Shown in pieces: positions 1 through 7,175 of a stretch of 40,788 bases of DNA (within the stretch, counting starts at the first letter, position 1; every line of letters starts with the position of its first letter). The position numbers and the translations under genes were made by a program. Origin of the DNA: a virus (Duplodnaviria; Caudoviricetes). The notes under the pieces are model-generated. The model was not told where the DNA came from and made no database searches. It saw only the letters and a list, made by a program, of their open reading frames with translations. The stretch lies in IMG/VR virus record IMGVR_UViG_3300039239_000017, positions 1 through 40,788 of that record; one strand, written 5' to 3'.

Positions 1-374
1 CGGGCCCGCTCTATGCCGCCTTCGCCGTCGCCGCCGCGCAATCGGTCGCTGACGGTGGAGCTGACAGCGCCACCCTCGCCCACGCCTTCAGTGCCGGTGC
101 CGACGCCATCAAGCGGCTGGGCGGCGCCGACGCCGGCGACCGCACCATGCTCGACGCCCTGCTCCCTGCCGCCGCAGCGATGGTCGCTGGCACCATTGCC
201 GAACAACTGAGCTCGGCTGCCGCGGCCGCCCGCTCCGGGGCCGAACGCACCGCCACGATGCAACCCCGCCGCGGCCGCTCCAGCTATATCGGCGAGCGCG
301 CCCTCGGCCACCCCGACCCCGGCGCCGTCGCCATCGCGCTTTGGCTGGAGGCCGCGGCGAAAGCCGCGGGCTGA
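1..374 (+). CDS. Dihydroxyacetone kinase, C-terminal DAK2/DhaL domain (5'-truncated, host gene)
   Basis: Frame open from base 3: GPLYAAF...GGADAGDRTMLDALLP...GRSSYIGERALGHPDPGAVA, typical DAK2 motifs. Confidence 0.9.
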   Translation, partial: GPLYAAFAVAAAQSVADGGADSATLAHAFSAGADAIKRLGGADAGDRTMLDALLPAAAAMVAGTIAEQLSSAAAAARSGAERTATMQPRRGRSSYIGERALGHPDPGAVAIALWLEAAAKAAG

Positions 375-386
375 CGTTGAACTCTC

Positions 387-423
387 GTTTCCCCGCGACC
401 ACCGGTTCGGATCGCGGGGAAAC
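387..423 (+). terminator. Hairpin after the DAK gene
   Basis: Perfect 12-bp inverted repeat GTTTCCCCGCGA / TCGCGGGGAAAC; weak U-tail. Confidence 0.5.
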
Positions 424-493
424 CATTTCCGCTGCTCCACGTTTCGTCGCCAGGCCCGGCACGCCTCAACGATAACAATAGTGGAGAAAAATC

Positions 494-820
494 ATGATGA
501 TCCGCAGCCTCGTTTCCGCCGCCGCCCTTTCGCTGGCCATGCTGGCATCGGGCGCCTTGGCGCAAACCAGTATCAACGGTGTCGAGATTTCTGCTGAGGA
601 CCTGCCCAAGGTTCAGGCGCAGTGCGATGATCTGGCGGCAGAAGCCGCCAAAGCAGACGGCGGCACCAGCACCGACGAGACCAAGGCTGATGATGCCAGC
701 GATACCGCCGAGTCGAGCGATGAGCCCGATACCCCTGCCGAGACCGCCCAGGGCACCACCAAGATCGACCTGGCGACGCTGACGCTCGACGCCTGCAAGA
801 CGGCCGGCTTCGTGAAGTAA
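494..820 (+). CDS. Small secreted acidic protein (host)
   Basis: GGAG RBS, signal peptide ending ALA-Q, two Cys; possible ECF promoter GAAAC-N16-CGTT at 419-443. Confidence 0.8.
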   Translation: MMIRSLVSAAALSLAMLASGALAQTSINGVEISAEDLPKVQAQCDDLAAEAAKADGGTSTDETKADDASDTAESSDEPDTPAETAQGTTKIDLATLTLDACKTAGFVK

Positions 821-865
821 GCCAGCTGACGACGGTGGAGAACAGTTAGCTCCCGCGCCCACAGC

Positions 866-898
866 AAGCCCCGCCCGCCCCAAGGCAGCGCGGGGCTT
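866..898 (+). terminator. Intrinsic terminator-like hairpin
   Basis: AAGCCCCGC...GCGGGGCTT downstream of 494..820. Confidence 0.55.
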
Positions 899-910
899 AG
901 TGCTGTTTGG

Positions 911-935
911 GGAACCCTGCCTAGCCATAGGCGTT
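911..935 (+). promoter_or_regulatory. EcfG/sigmaT/RpoE2-type promoter
   Basis: GGAAC-N16-CGTT, matching the alphaproteobacterial general-stress consensus. Confidence 0.75.
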
Positions 936-941
936 TGGTCT

Positions 942-1070
942 GCAGAGAGCAGCGGCTGACGAACGATCCCCTTCAACCTTGGACTCGTCGGTTGCTGCCC
1001 TCGTGTGATTCCGGCCGGATTACCCCGCCCACACCGGCAAAAACAAAAGCCCCGCTTTCGCGGGGCTTTT
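942..1070 (+). ncRNA. Putative small RNA with C-rich loops (host side)
   Basis: Follows the promoter; stem 945-962/985-1002 (17 of 18 pairs, CCCCTT in loop), stem 1014-1018/1034-1038 (CCCCGCCC loop), then terminator. Confidence 0.6.
1045..1070. terminator. Bidirectional intrinsic terminator
   Basis: AAAAGCCCCGC-TTTC-GCGGGGCTTTT. Confidence 0.85.
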
Positions 1071-1083
1071 GCAATCCAAGCTT

Positions 1084-1103
1084 TGGTTGCGGGGACCCGC
1101 AAC
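1084..1103 (-). other. Probable prophage att site (tRNA-fMet 3'-end remnant)
   Basis: Minus strand of 1084-1094 reads CCCCGCAACCA, like the initiator tRNA 3' end, followed by the terminator; overlaps palindrome GTTGCGGG-GA-CCCGCAAC. Confidence 0.65.
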
Positions 1104-1132
1104 ACGCAATACCCCACATTCCGGTTCGTGGC

Positions 1133-2302
1133 TTAGTCGTCACCGAAGATATCTTGAATCCCATCATCATCGACTTCCGCCAACCGGCGTACGTCGGTAG
1201 GGCCGGAGAGCCTCCAACGCTGCTTCACGCGCTCGAGTGTCCCAGTCATCTCAATAAGGTGGTGTCGATCATGGGCCTCGATGGCTACATGATAGTCTTG
1301 AGGCTCAAGCCGAGACCGAACAGAGACCAAGCTATCGTCCACCTGCGCTCGGATGATTACGTCCCCATCGTCGTCAGCGGCCCCTTGCCTAGCCAGCTTT
1401 ACAACGAATCCTCGAATGGTTTCATCCGGCCTAGGCTCCTTTTCGCGGAATATGCGCGAGACCTCACGAAACAACAGCCCCTCGGATCTTGTGAAGGAAC
1501 GGGTCCACCGGCGAACAGGCGTGGGCCGAGTGCGAGCCCACGTCACAGAGACCTCAAAACCATCTCCCCTGTCACTAAGAGCAGCGGCTGCATCGCAAAG
1601 GTTTGCACTAACGCCGAACGGTATGGCGGCGTCGAAAACCCCGGCGCCGCTTCCCAAGTTGTAGCTCTCGACTGCGTTGGCCGCGGCATCTAGTCCGTCG
1701 GCTAATCTGCGCGTGACCTTTCGTTCAAATGGTTCTTCGGCTACCTCAGGCCAGAAAAGCGAAGTCTGGAGCGGTTCCTCGATTGCTGGGGGAACGGGGG
1801 CCAGGAGCGTGACCACGAAGCTGCCTTGCTCCGTCTGGCCGAGCCTGACGCGCGACATATAGTCGTCGGCCTGCCTTACCTTCCCTGCCCTATAAGATCT
1901 CTTCGGCGCCCAAGCGGCGCAGGCCGCGGACATCATTAAGTCTCTGGAATTATTGAAGAGCAGCACGCCGGTATCCACAAAGACGGAGCCGTCGTCCTCG
2001 GCATCGGGAAGCCGCACCCGGACCACATCGCTGTCGGCTGAAACCAGATCGCGGTATACTTGCAGCTCCCCGCGGCCCTCAGCCACCGCGAAGCGATTTA
2101 TCAATTCTATGACCACGGCTTCGTAATCGCCGAGCGCCGCAGTGCCCGGCACAATTATCTCGTTACCGCCCCCGTCTATGTAGACCTGAGAATGTGCCCC
2201 GAACCTTTCGGCCGGCACCCACCCTTCTCCTCGCGCGTAGGCGTGAAGCGACTGAGGCGAAATGGCACGGAGCGCTCCTTCATCGACAATGCGGGCTTTC
2301 AT
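1133..2302 (-). CDS. Hypothetical protein coupled to DUF4365; HicA-like N-terminus, beta-rich (OB-like) C-terminus
   Basis: 389-aa ORF with ATGA overlap to the upstream gene; lower GC than the phage core. Confidence 0.8.
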   Translation of the reverse strand: MKARIVDEGALRAISPQSLHAYARGEGWVPAERFGAHSQVYIDGGGNEIIVPGTAALGDYEAVVIELINRFAVAEGRGELQVYRDLVSADSDVVRVRLPDAEDDGSVFVDTGVLLFNNSRDLMMSAACAAWAPKRSYRAGKVRQADDYMSRVRLGQTEQGSFVVTLLAPVPPAIEEPLQTSLFWPEVAEEPFERKVTRRLADGLDAAANAVESYNLGSGAGVFDAAIPFGVSANLCDAAAALSDRGDGFEVSVTWARTRPTPVRRWTRSFTRSEGLLFREVSRIFREKEPRPDETIRGFVVKLARQGAADDDGDVIIRAQVDDSLVSVRSRLEPQDYHVAIEAHDRHHLIEMTGTLERVKQRWRLSGPTDVRRLAEVDDDGIQDIFGDD

Positions 2303-2808
2303 TGGATTCTTCCCGTCCGCGACATTTCCATCAGGCGCACGATCGAGGCGACGTCGAACACGTTCGACCGGGGAACGTTCAGGGTTACGCTGGAAGTGTT
2401 AGAGCTAGCCGGCATTCCCTGCAGGGAGAGCCAATATGCGCAGCGCCGAATTACCAGTTGGTCCACATGTGTCGTTAGCCACACGGAGCGATCATCGGGC
2501 AAATCAAGGATCACCAGAATCCGTGGAGTTTGCGTTTCGATCCGAAGATCCTCATAGTTCTTCAGTTTCAGTGCATAGGAGAAGGCTTCAGCGTTTCCAC
2601 GGAGATTCATTGTAGACTTGAGTTGAACGTCCAGCTTAGGGCGCATGGGCCCGCCTGCCGATATCTGGATGTCGACACTATCTCGATCGGGCTCGGGCGG
2701 TGTGCCGCAAACATAGCCTGCATGGCCTGCGATGGCCTGCACATAGGCTTTGGATAGGGCGCTTTCCACGTCCTGTTCAGTTAAGAGTTCATCTCCACCA
2801 ACCGCCAT
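2299..2808 (-). CDS. DUF4365-family PD-(D/E)xK nuclease-like protein
   Basis: DRDSVD...LDVQLKST, 'NYEDLR...PRILV', 'RRCAYW.SL'; ATG 2808 with GGAGGG RBS. Confidence 0.8.
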   Translation of the reverse strand: MAVGGDELLTEQDVESALSKAYVQAIAGHAGYVCGTPPEPDRDSVDIQISAGGPMRPKLDVQLKSTMNLRGNAEAFSYALKLKNYEDLRIETQTPRILVILDLPDDRSVWLTTHVDQLVIRRCAYWLSLQGMPASSNTSSVTLNVPRSNVFDVASIVRLMEMSRTGRIQ

Positions 2809-2892
2809 TTTGCCCTCCGGCGAGGACAATATGCGTTGCCCGGTTAAGAGATCAACTTGCCGACCGGGGCAGCGTACCCGAACGCCCGTCCC

Positions 2893-3222
2893 TTAGGGAT
2901 CGCCAAGCTTCGTCCAGCGCCACGTCTGAGTGTAGAGCACCGGCCCGGGCCGACGAACGATCAGTGAGCCATAGTCGCCGGCGTCAGGACTGATCACGTT
3001 GACCCTCATGCGCGCATCGGTTCCGCAGCGTGAGCATGGGAATGGCGGCTCCATAACGTCTCGGCGCTCATCGAAGAACTCGATCAGGTCCGACGCCAGA
3101 TAGCGCACCAGGCGCCGGCAACCGCTGCAGTAGACCTCGATCAGCTGGTGGTCGGCCGCGGCATCCTCGAGCTTTCGATACTTCCCCGGATAGGGGCGCT
3201 CTCTGCGGTAGGCGGTAGGCAT
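2893..3222 (-). CDS. Small zinc-ribbon protein
   Basis: CSGC and CSRC pairs; last gene of a compact three-gene run. Confidence 0.7.
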   Translation of the reverse strand: MPTAYRRERPYPGKYRKLEDAAADHQLIEVYCSGCRRLVRYLASDLIEFFDERRDVMEPPFPCSRCGTDARMRVNVISPDAGDYGSLIVRRPGPVLYTQTWRWTKLGDP

Positions 3223-3225
3223 CGT

Positions 3226-3414
3226 TCATGCCGGCCGAGGCTCGTCCCATTCGAGATCGGCCTCGATCGCGGGCTCTGAGGTCTTCTTGCGCGCGTGCAC
3301 GGCCGGTGCATTGGGTGCCTCGATCCGATCGCGCCCGATCCGCTCGAACTGCTCGAGCCAAGCCGCACGCCCCGCGCTGGTGAACTCTCCGGGTGAAAGG
3401 CGAACGAATGCCAC
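3226..3414 (-). CDS. Hypothetical protein
   Basis: 62-aa ORF tightly packed between neighbours. Confidence 0.5.
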   Translation of the reverse strand: MAFVRLSPGEFTSAGRAAWLEQFERIGRDRIEAPNAPAVHARKKTSEPAIEADLEWDEPRPA

Positions 3415-3415
3415 G

Positions 3416-3637
3416 TCACACCCCCTGCCGCATGTGCGCCGGCGTGACGCCTATACGGCCTCGCGGCGTGATCCTGGACTTGGGCTTGTCGTTGTCCTTG
3501 GCACCGAGGGCAGACCGAACCTGCTTCGTGGGAACGCCGAGCAGCATGGCCAAATCCAGTTCTGACATGTACGGGTGCCGCTCGCGGAGCAGGCGTACCC
3601 TCGTGGACATTTTGGCTTCGATTGCGATCGAACTCAT
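3416..3637 (-). CDS. Small putative HTH DNA-binding protein
   Basis: GGAGG RBS; MSELDLAMLLGVPTKQVRSAL helix-turn-helix pattern. Confidence 0.65.
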   Translation of the reverse strand: MSSIAIEAKMSTRVRLLRERHPYMSELDLAMLLGVPTKQVRSALGAKDNDKPKSRITPRGRIGVTPAHMRQGV

Positions 3638-3674
3638 GGTCACCTCCATCAGAGGTGAGGACTCATACCACCGT

Positions 3675-3689
3675 GAACAAAAATAGAAC
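3675..3689. promoter_or_regulatory. Alphaproteobacterial LexA box
   Basis: GAAC-AAAAATA-GAAC (GAAC-N7-GAAC) between divergent genes. Confidence 0.8.
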
Positions 3690-3746
3690 AGACGGATTCT
3701 GATGGGTGTGCTATCTCGCCCTGCGAGGCATCGAAAGGAGCCCAGG

Positions 3747-4004
3747 ATGGAACCCCAGATCAAACCAACCAAGCTGATCGTGGCCATGGCCTTCGTGCGC
3801 GACGAGGAGGGCGAACTGCGCCCTGCCTTCGAGCCGCGCGAGATGCAGAGCGAAGAGCGCGCCGGCCGCGAAGCGCGTATATGGGCCGGCAGCGGGCAGT
3901 ATGCCGGCGCGATCGCCTGGTCGCGCTCGGCCGATCTCACCAATGGTGTGTTCGGCGACCCCGAGGTGATCTTCCGGTGGGGCGCGATCCCCGACATGGA
4001 GTGA
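3747..4004 (+). CDS. Hypothetical protein downstream of the LexA box
   Basis: AAGGAG RBS; 85 aa, MEPQIKPTKLIVAMAF... Confidence 0.75.
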   Translation: MEPQIKPTKLIVAMAFVRDEEGELRPAFEPREMQSEERAGREARIWAGSGQYAGAIAWSRSADLTNGVFGDPEVIFRWGAIPDME

Positions 4005-4023
4005 CCCGTTGATCCGGCAAGCG

Positions 4024-4221
4024 TCAGTAGGTCTGCATAACCCGATTATAGACCTCCAGCGCTTCCGGACCGTCGAGGACCTCCAGCAACAGGTCGAGCA
4101 GCTCCTCTCGGCTGATGCCGCTGTCCGGCGGCGTGGCCGCCTGCACGACTGCGATAGCCTGTGCAAGCACGCTCTCGGCTTTGGTGACTGGGCGCGCTGG
4201 AAACTGAAGCAGCCGTTCCAT
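4024..4221 (-). CDS. Hypothetical protein
   Basis: 65 aa, starts 1 nt after the upstream stop. Confidence 0.5.
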   Translation of the reverse strand: MERLLQFPARPVTKAESVLAQAIAVVQAATPPDSGISREELLDLLLEVLDGPEALEVYNRVMQTY

Positions 4222-4222
4222 C

Positions 4223-4423
4223 CTACCTATCCTTCAAGCCGTGGCGCTCGCGGAGCCGCTTTTTGAGGGCTGTCGGGAGATCGAGCTTGGCGATCATGTC
4301 CCGGACCACCTCTTGCTGCGACATGGGCCGCTCTTCCTTCGAAAGGGCTCGTGCCCGGCCGATCGCCTCGCCGATTGTCGTGCGCACGCTAGGTGCCGGC
4401 GGCTTGGGAGGGAACTTCGGCAT
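4223..4423 (-). CDS. Hypothetical basic protein
   Basis: 66 aa from ATG 4423, preceded by an ECF-type promoter. Confidence 0.55.
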   Translation of the reverse strand: MPKFPPKPPAPSVRTTIGEAIGRARALSKEERPMSQQEVVRDMIAKLDLPTALKKRLRERHGLKDR

Positions 4424-4454
4424 GGGACGCGCCTGACTACTGCGAAGGCGACTC

Positions 4455-4479
4455 AACCCGTTCGACCCTGTCCGGTTCC
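4455..4479 (-). promoter_or_regulatory. EcfG-type promoter
   Basis: GGAAC-N16-GGTT on the minus strand. Confidence 0.55.
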
Positions 4480-4544
4480 GCAGCAACGAATCAGTGATCG
4501 CGAGTCGACTCGGATTCGTTCTGCATCCGCATTAAATTGCCGGC

Positions 4545-5435
4545 ATGCTCCTGGAACGCCCTGCCCTCCGCTATATCCAACCGATGAAGCCGCGCCTGGT
4601 CGACACTGCGCCGAGCGGTGACGGCTGGCTGCACGAGGTGAAGTTCGACGGCTACCGCACCCAGCTGCATCTTGAGGCGGGCAGCGCGAAGGCCTTCAGC
4701 AGCAGCGGAGCGAACTGGACCAGCAAATATCCGCAGATCGTCGCCGCCGCCGCGCAACTTCGGTGCACCTCTGCGATCCTTGACGGCGAGGTCTACCTGC
4801 CGGACGCCCGTGGCGCGGCCGACTTCTCAGGCTTACCAGCGGCCATCCGCTGGCGGCCCCAGGATCTGATCTTCGTCGCCTTCGACCTGCTGCATCTGAA
4901 CGGGGAGGATGTCCGCAGCAGGCCGGTGGAGAGCCGGCGCGCAATGCTGAGTGGCCTCATGCAGAGCGCGCCGGCGCCATCTCTCGCCTTCAGCCAGGAG
5001 CTGGGCGCCGACGGCCCCGAGGCCTTTACCGCCATCGATGCCATGGGCCTCGAGGGGATCGTCTCGAAGAAGCGCGGCAGCCGCTACAAGAGCGGCGACG
5101 CCGATACCTGGCTGAAGACGAAGACGTTCACCGTGGGCGAGTTCGAGGTGATCGGCGCCGACCTGTCGCCGACGGGGGCACCGGTGGCGATCCTCGCACG
5201 GCGAGACGAGCATGGACTGCACTATGTGGGGGATGCCTTCATTACGCTGAAGGCGGCGGACCGCGAGGATTTCTGGGCCTACGTCGAGGCGAACACGGTC
5301 GAGGTCCCTGTTTTACCGCTGAAACGGCGCGGGACATGGTTGCGGCCGGGGCTGGCGGCAACGGTGAGGCATCTGCGCGGCGAGGGGATGCTTCGCCACG
5401 GCACGCTCAAGAGGCTTCGACATGTCGGCCGCTAA
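4545..5435 (+). CDS. ATP-dependent DNA ligase (LigD/LigC-type ligase domain only)
   Basis: WLHEVKFDGYR (motif I), ILDGEV, AFDLL, EGIVSK, WLKTK. Confidence 0.92.
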   Translation: MLLERPALRYIQPMKPRLVDTAPSGDGWLHEVKFDGYRTQLHLEAGSAKAFSSSGANWTSKYPQIVAAAAQLRCTSAILDGEVYLPDARGAADFSGLPAAIRWRPQDLIFVAFDLLHLNGEDVRSRPVESRRAMLSGLMQSAPAPSLAFSQELGADGPEAFTAIDAMGLEGIVSKKRGSRYKSGDADTWLKTKTFTVGEFEVIGADLSPTGAPVAILARRDEHGLHYVGDAFITLKAADREDFWAYVEANTVEVPVLPLKRRGTWLRPGLAATVRHLRGEGMLRHGTLKRLRHVGR

Positions 5436-5640
5436 AACGCCAGGCGCCGGCTTGCCAGAGCCTGCTATGCCCACCGTTGAGTTCCTGGAGCCTGATTTCG
5501 CCAGGTGGACGTTCCCGACCGACGATCCTGCCCTGCAACGCGTGCAATTCAACTACTGGCGCGGCTGGTTCGGGTTCGAGGAGGAGGATGAGCCGCACTC
5601 GATCGAGGGACGGGTGTGGCTGGTCAGAAGGCAGCCCTAG
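5422..5640 (+). CDS. Hypothetical protein (start may be 5467)
   Basis: ORF overlapping the ligase stop; aromatic-rich. Confidence 0.5.
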   Translation: MSAAKTPGAGLPEPAMPTVEFLEPDFARWTFPTDDPALQRVQFNYWRGWFGFEEEDEPHSIEGRVWLVRRQP

Positions 5641-5644
5641 AATG

Positions 5645-5722
5645 CGAGCCGGACCCGGCTGGGGGGCAGCGGGGTCCGGCGGCACACAATACCTGAGGAC
5701 AGGGAGGGACAACCTCAAGTCC
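5645..5722 (-). ncRNA. Putative sRNA with two C-rich-loop hairpins
   Basis: Promoter GGAAC-N17-AATT (5754-5729); stem 5720-5713/5698-5691 with CCCTCCC loop; stem 5680-5672/5656-5648 with C-run loop. Confidence 0.6.
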
Positions 5723-5777
5723 AGTTCTAATTAGGAGACATGCGATTTGGTTCCGCGCGCGTTCGCTGGCTCCTGCG

Positions 5778-5803
5778 GGAACCAGCTAACCCTTTTGGAA
5801 GTT
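5778..5803 (+). promoter_or_regulatory. EcfG-type promoter
   Basis: GGAAC-N17-AGTT about 25 nt upstream of ATG 5827. Confidence 0.55.
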
Positions 5804-5826
5804 CGAACAGCAATGGGAGCCTCATC

Positions 5827-6141
5827 ATGTACGAAGAACACTCGTCACCCTCGCGCGTCATGAGTCCGCTGATCACGCAACGAAAGCTGGCGAGGGAGAG
5901 GGTTGCGCCGTACCTGTCCGACCTGAAGCGTTGGCGGAGCAAGTCACTTCAATTGCGCGCTATGCACAACTCTCGCCACCAAACTGCAGACGCTCTCGAG
6001 GCCGGAGAAATGCAGCTCGCCGCGCTCCGGAAAGAGATGGAGATGGCCCGTCAGGCGTTCGTTCTTGAGATGGATGATATTCGCGAGATGCCCGCTGTGA
6101 TCGATTATCTCGCCGCGCTCGACAGCGTCCTCAGGGGTTAG
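5827..6141 (+). CDS. Hypothetical helical protein
   Basis: GGGAG RBS, 104 aa. Confidence 0.65.
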   Translation: MYEEHSSPSRVMSPLITQRKLARERVAPYLSDLKRWRSKSLQLRAMHNSRHQTADALEAGEMQLAALRKEMEMARQAFVLEMDDIREMPAVIDYLAALDSVLRG

Positions 6142-6260
6142 GCGCTACCCCCGAACAGGTGAGCTCCGCTGGCGACTAAGTAGATGCCCGCTCCGAGAAG
6201 CGCGACTAGTAAAAGCCACGCCACGATCATCCAGCCAACGCCGTATCGCCCCCTAAGCAT
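6138..6260 (-). CDS. 40-aa single-pass membrane protein (absent from the ORF track)
   Basis: GGAGGAG RBS; MLRGRYGVGWMIVAWLLLVALLGAGIYLVASGAHLFGGSA. Confidence 0.65.
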   Translation of the reverse strand: MLRGRYGVGWMIVAWLLLVALLGAGIYLVASGAHLFGGSA

Positions 6261-6425
6261 GATGCTCCTCCATTGGGCCGGCTTGCGCAACCACTGCCGC
6301 GGCCTTCAGCATCGGGTCGAAGCTTAGCGACGTCCCCGCCCTGCCTGCAAGCGTTCGTGTTCAACTCACGCCGAGAGTCTGCAACCAAGCCCGGCTTGCC
6401 ACGTCTTGCGCTAACGCGGGAGGCT

Positions 6426-6689
6426 ATGATGCGGTACTTCTTTGATATTTTTGACGGGGATCATTGGGCAAGAGATGACCTGGGCGTTGAGTGCGCAAGC
6501 GACCTCCGGGCTCGGCACCAGGCAGTCCTTGCGCTCACGGAACTGGCTCGCGAATTGCTGCCGTACGATGGGTCCACCAAGGACCTTGTCATTAGAGTCC
6601 GGCTGCAGGACGAGCTGGCCTTTTCGGTGAGGCTGGCCTTTGAAACGTCGCCCGGTCCGGCGCTCACCGACACTACGGTAACGGGCTGA
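6426..6689 (+). CDS. DUF6894-family small protein
   Basis: MRYFFDI.DG....DD.G.E pattern; GGGAGG RBS. Confidence 0.75.
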   Translation: MMRYFFDIFDGDHWARDDLGVECASDLRARHQAVLALTELARELLPYDGSTKDLVIRVRLQDELAFSVRLAFETSPGPALTDTTVTG

Positions 6690-6694
6690 ACGTC

Positions 6695-6762
6695 AAAAAA
6701 CCCCGACCCATCGAGGGAGGGGCCGGGGCTAAGTATGCAGCGTCAATACTACTTACACAGCT
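6695..6762 (-). ncRNA. Putative sRNA ending in a terminator hairpin with an anti-SD loop
   Basis: Promoter GGAAC-N16-GGTT (6792-6768); stem TAAGTA/TACTTA; CCCCGGCCC-CTCCCTCGAT-GGGTCGGGG-T6. Confidence 0.6.
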
Positions 6763-7086
6763 CTTACAACCCGGTTCTGACAACTTCGTTCCAAGTAGAT
6801 GTCAGCGAATTTGCAGGGCCAATACCCAAAGCGGCCCTGGATTTCGTGTCCACAGCACACAGACCGAGGCAGTTGCCGCCAGGATCGAAGCTGCCGAAAA
6901 ATATCACAATGAAACCGGCGGCCGCGCCACCGTTCACCTGTGGAGCGACGGCAACGAAACGCTCGCTTTCGACTCGGCTGGTGTGTCGGTTTCGGATGCA
7001 GCAGGACCACGACACTGAGCGCCGGTCAGTGAGCAAAAACGAACGAATGTGCAAGGGAACCAACGGACGCGAAGGCAGTTTGATGA

Positions 7087-7170
7087 AAGCCCCAAGGGTT
7101 TGACCGACACCAAACACCTAGGGACGTTTCCTCGGACCCCGGTGCCCCTCCGCCGGGGTCCATCCATTTC
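7087..7170 (+). ncRNA. Putative sRNA with an anti-SD loop
   Basis: Promoter GGAAC-N16-AGTT (7056-7080); imperfect stem 7091-7123; GGACCCCGG-TGCCCCTCCG-CCGGGGTCC (7134-7161). Confidence 0.55.
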
Positions 7171-7175
7171 GTCTG

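Noticed and set aside
935-1693. 252-aa plus-strand ORF crossing att
   Set aside because: Crosses a terminator and the att site and is antisense to the 389-aa gene
2780-2854. Direct repeat GTTAAGAG.TCA near the DUF4365 start
   Set aside because: Short, one copy lies in coding sequence, and it is not a CtrA TTAA-N7-TTAA site; likely chance
6735-7117. Three overlapping ORFs (122, 85 and 117 aa)
   Set aside because: No RBS or protein-like character; they overlap the predicted promoters and RNAs
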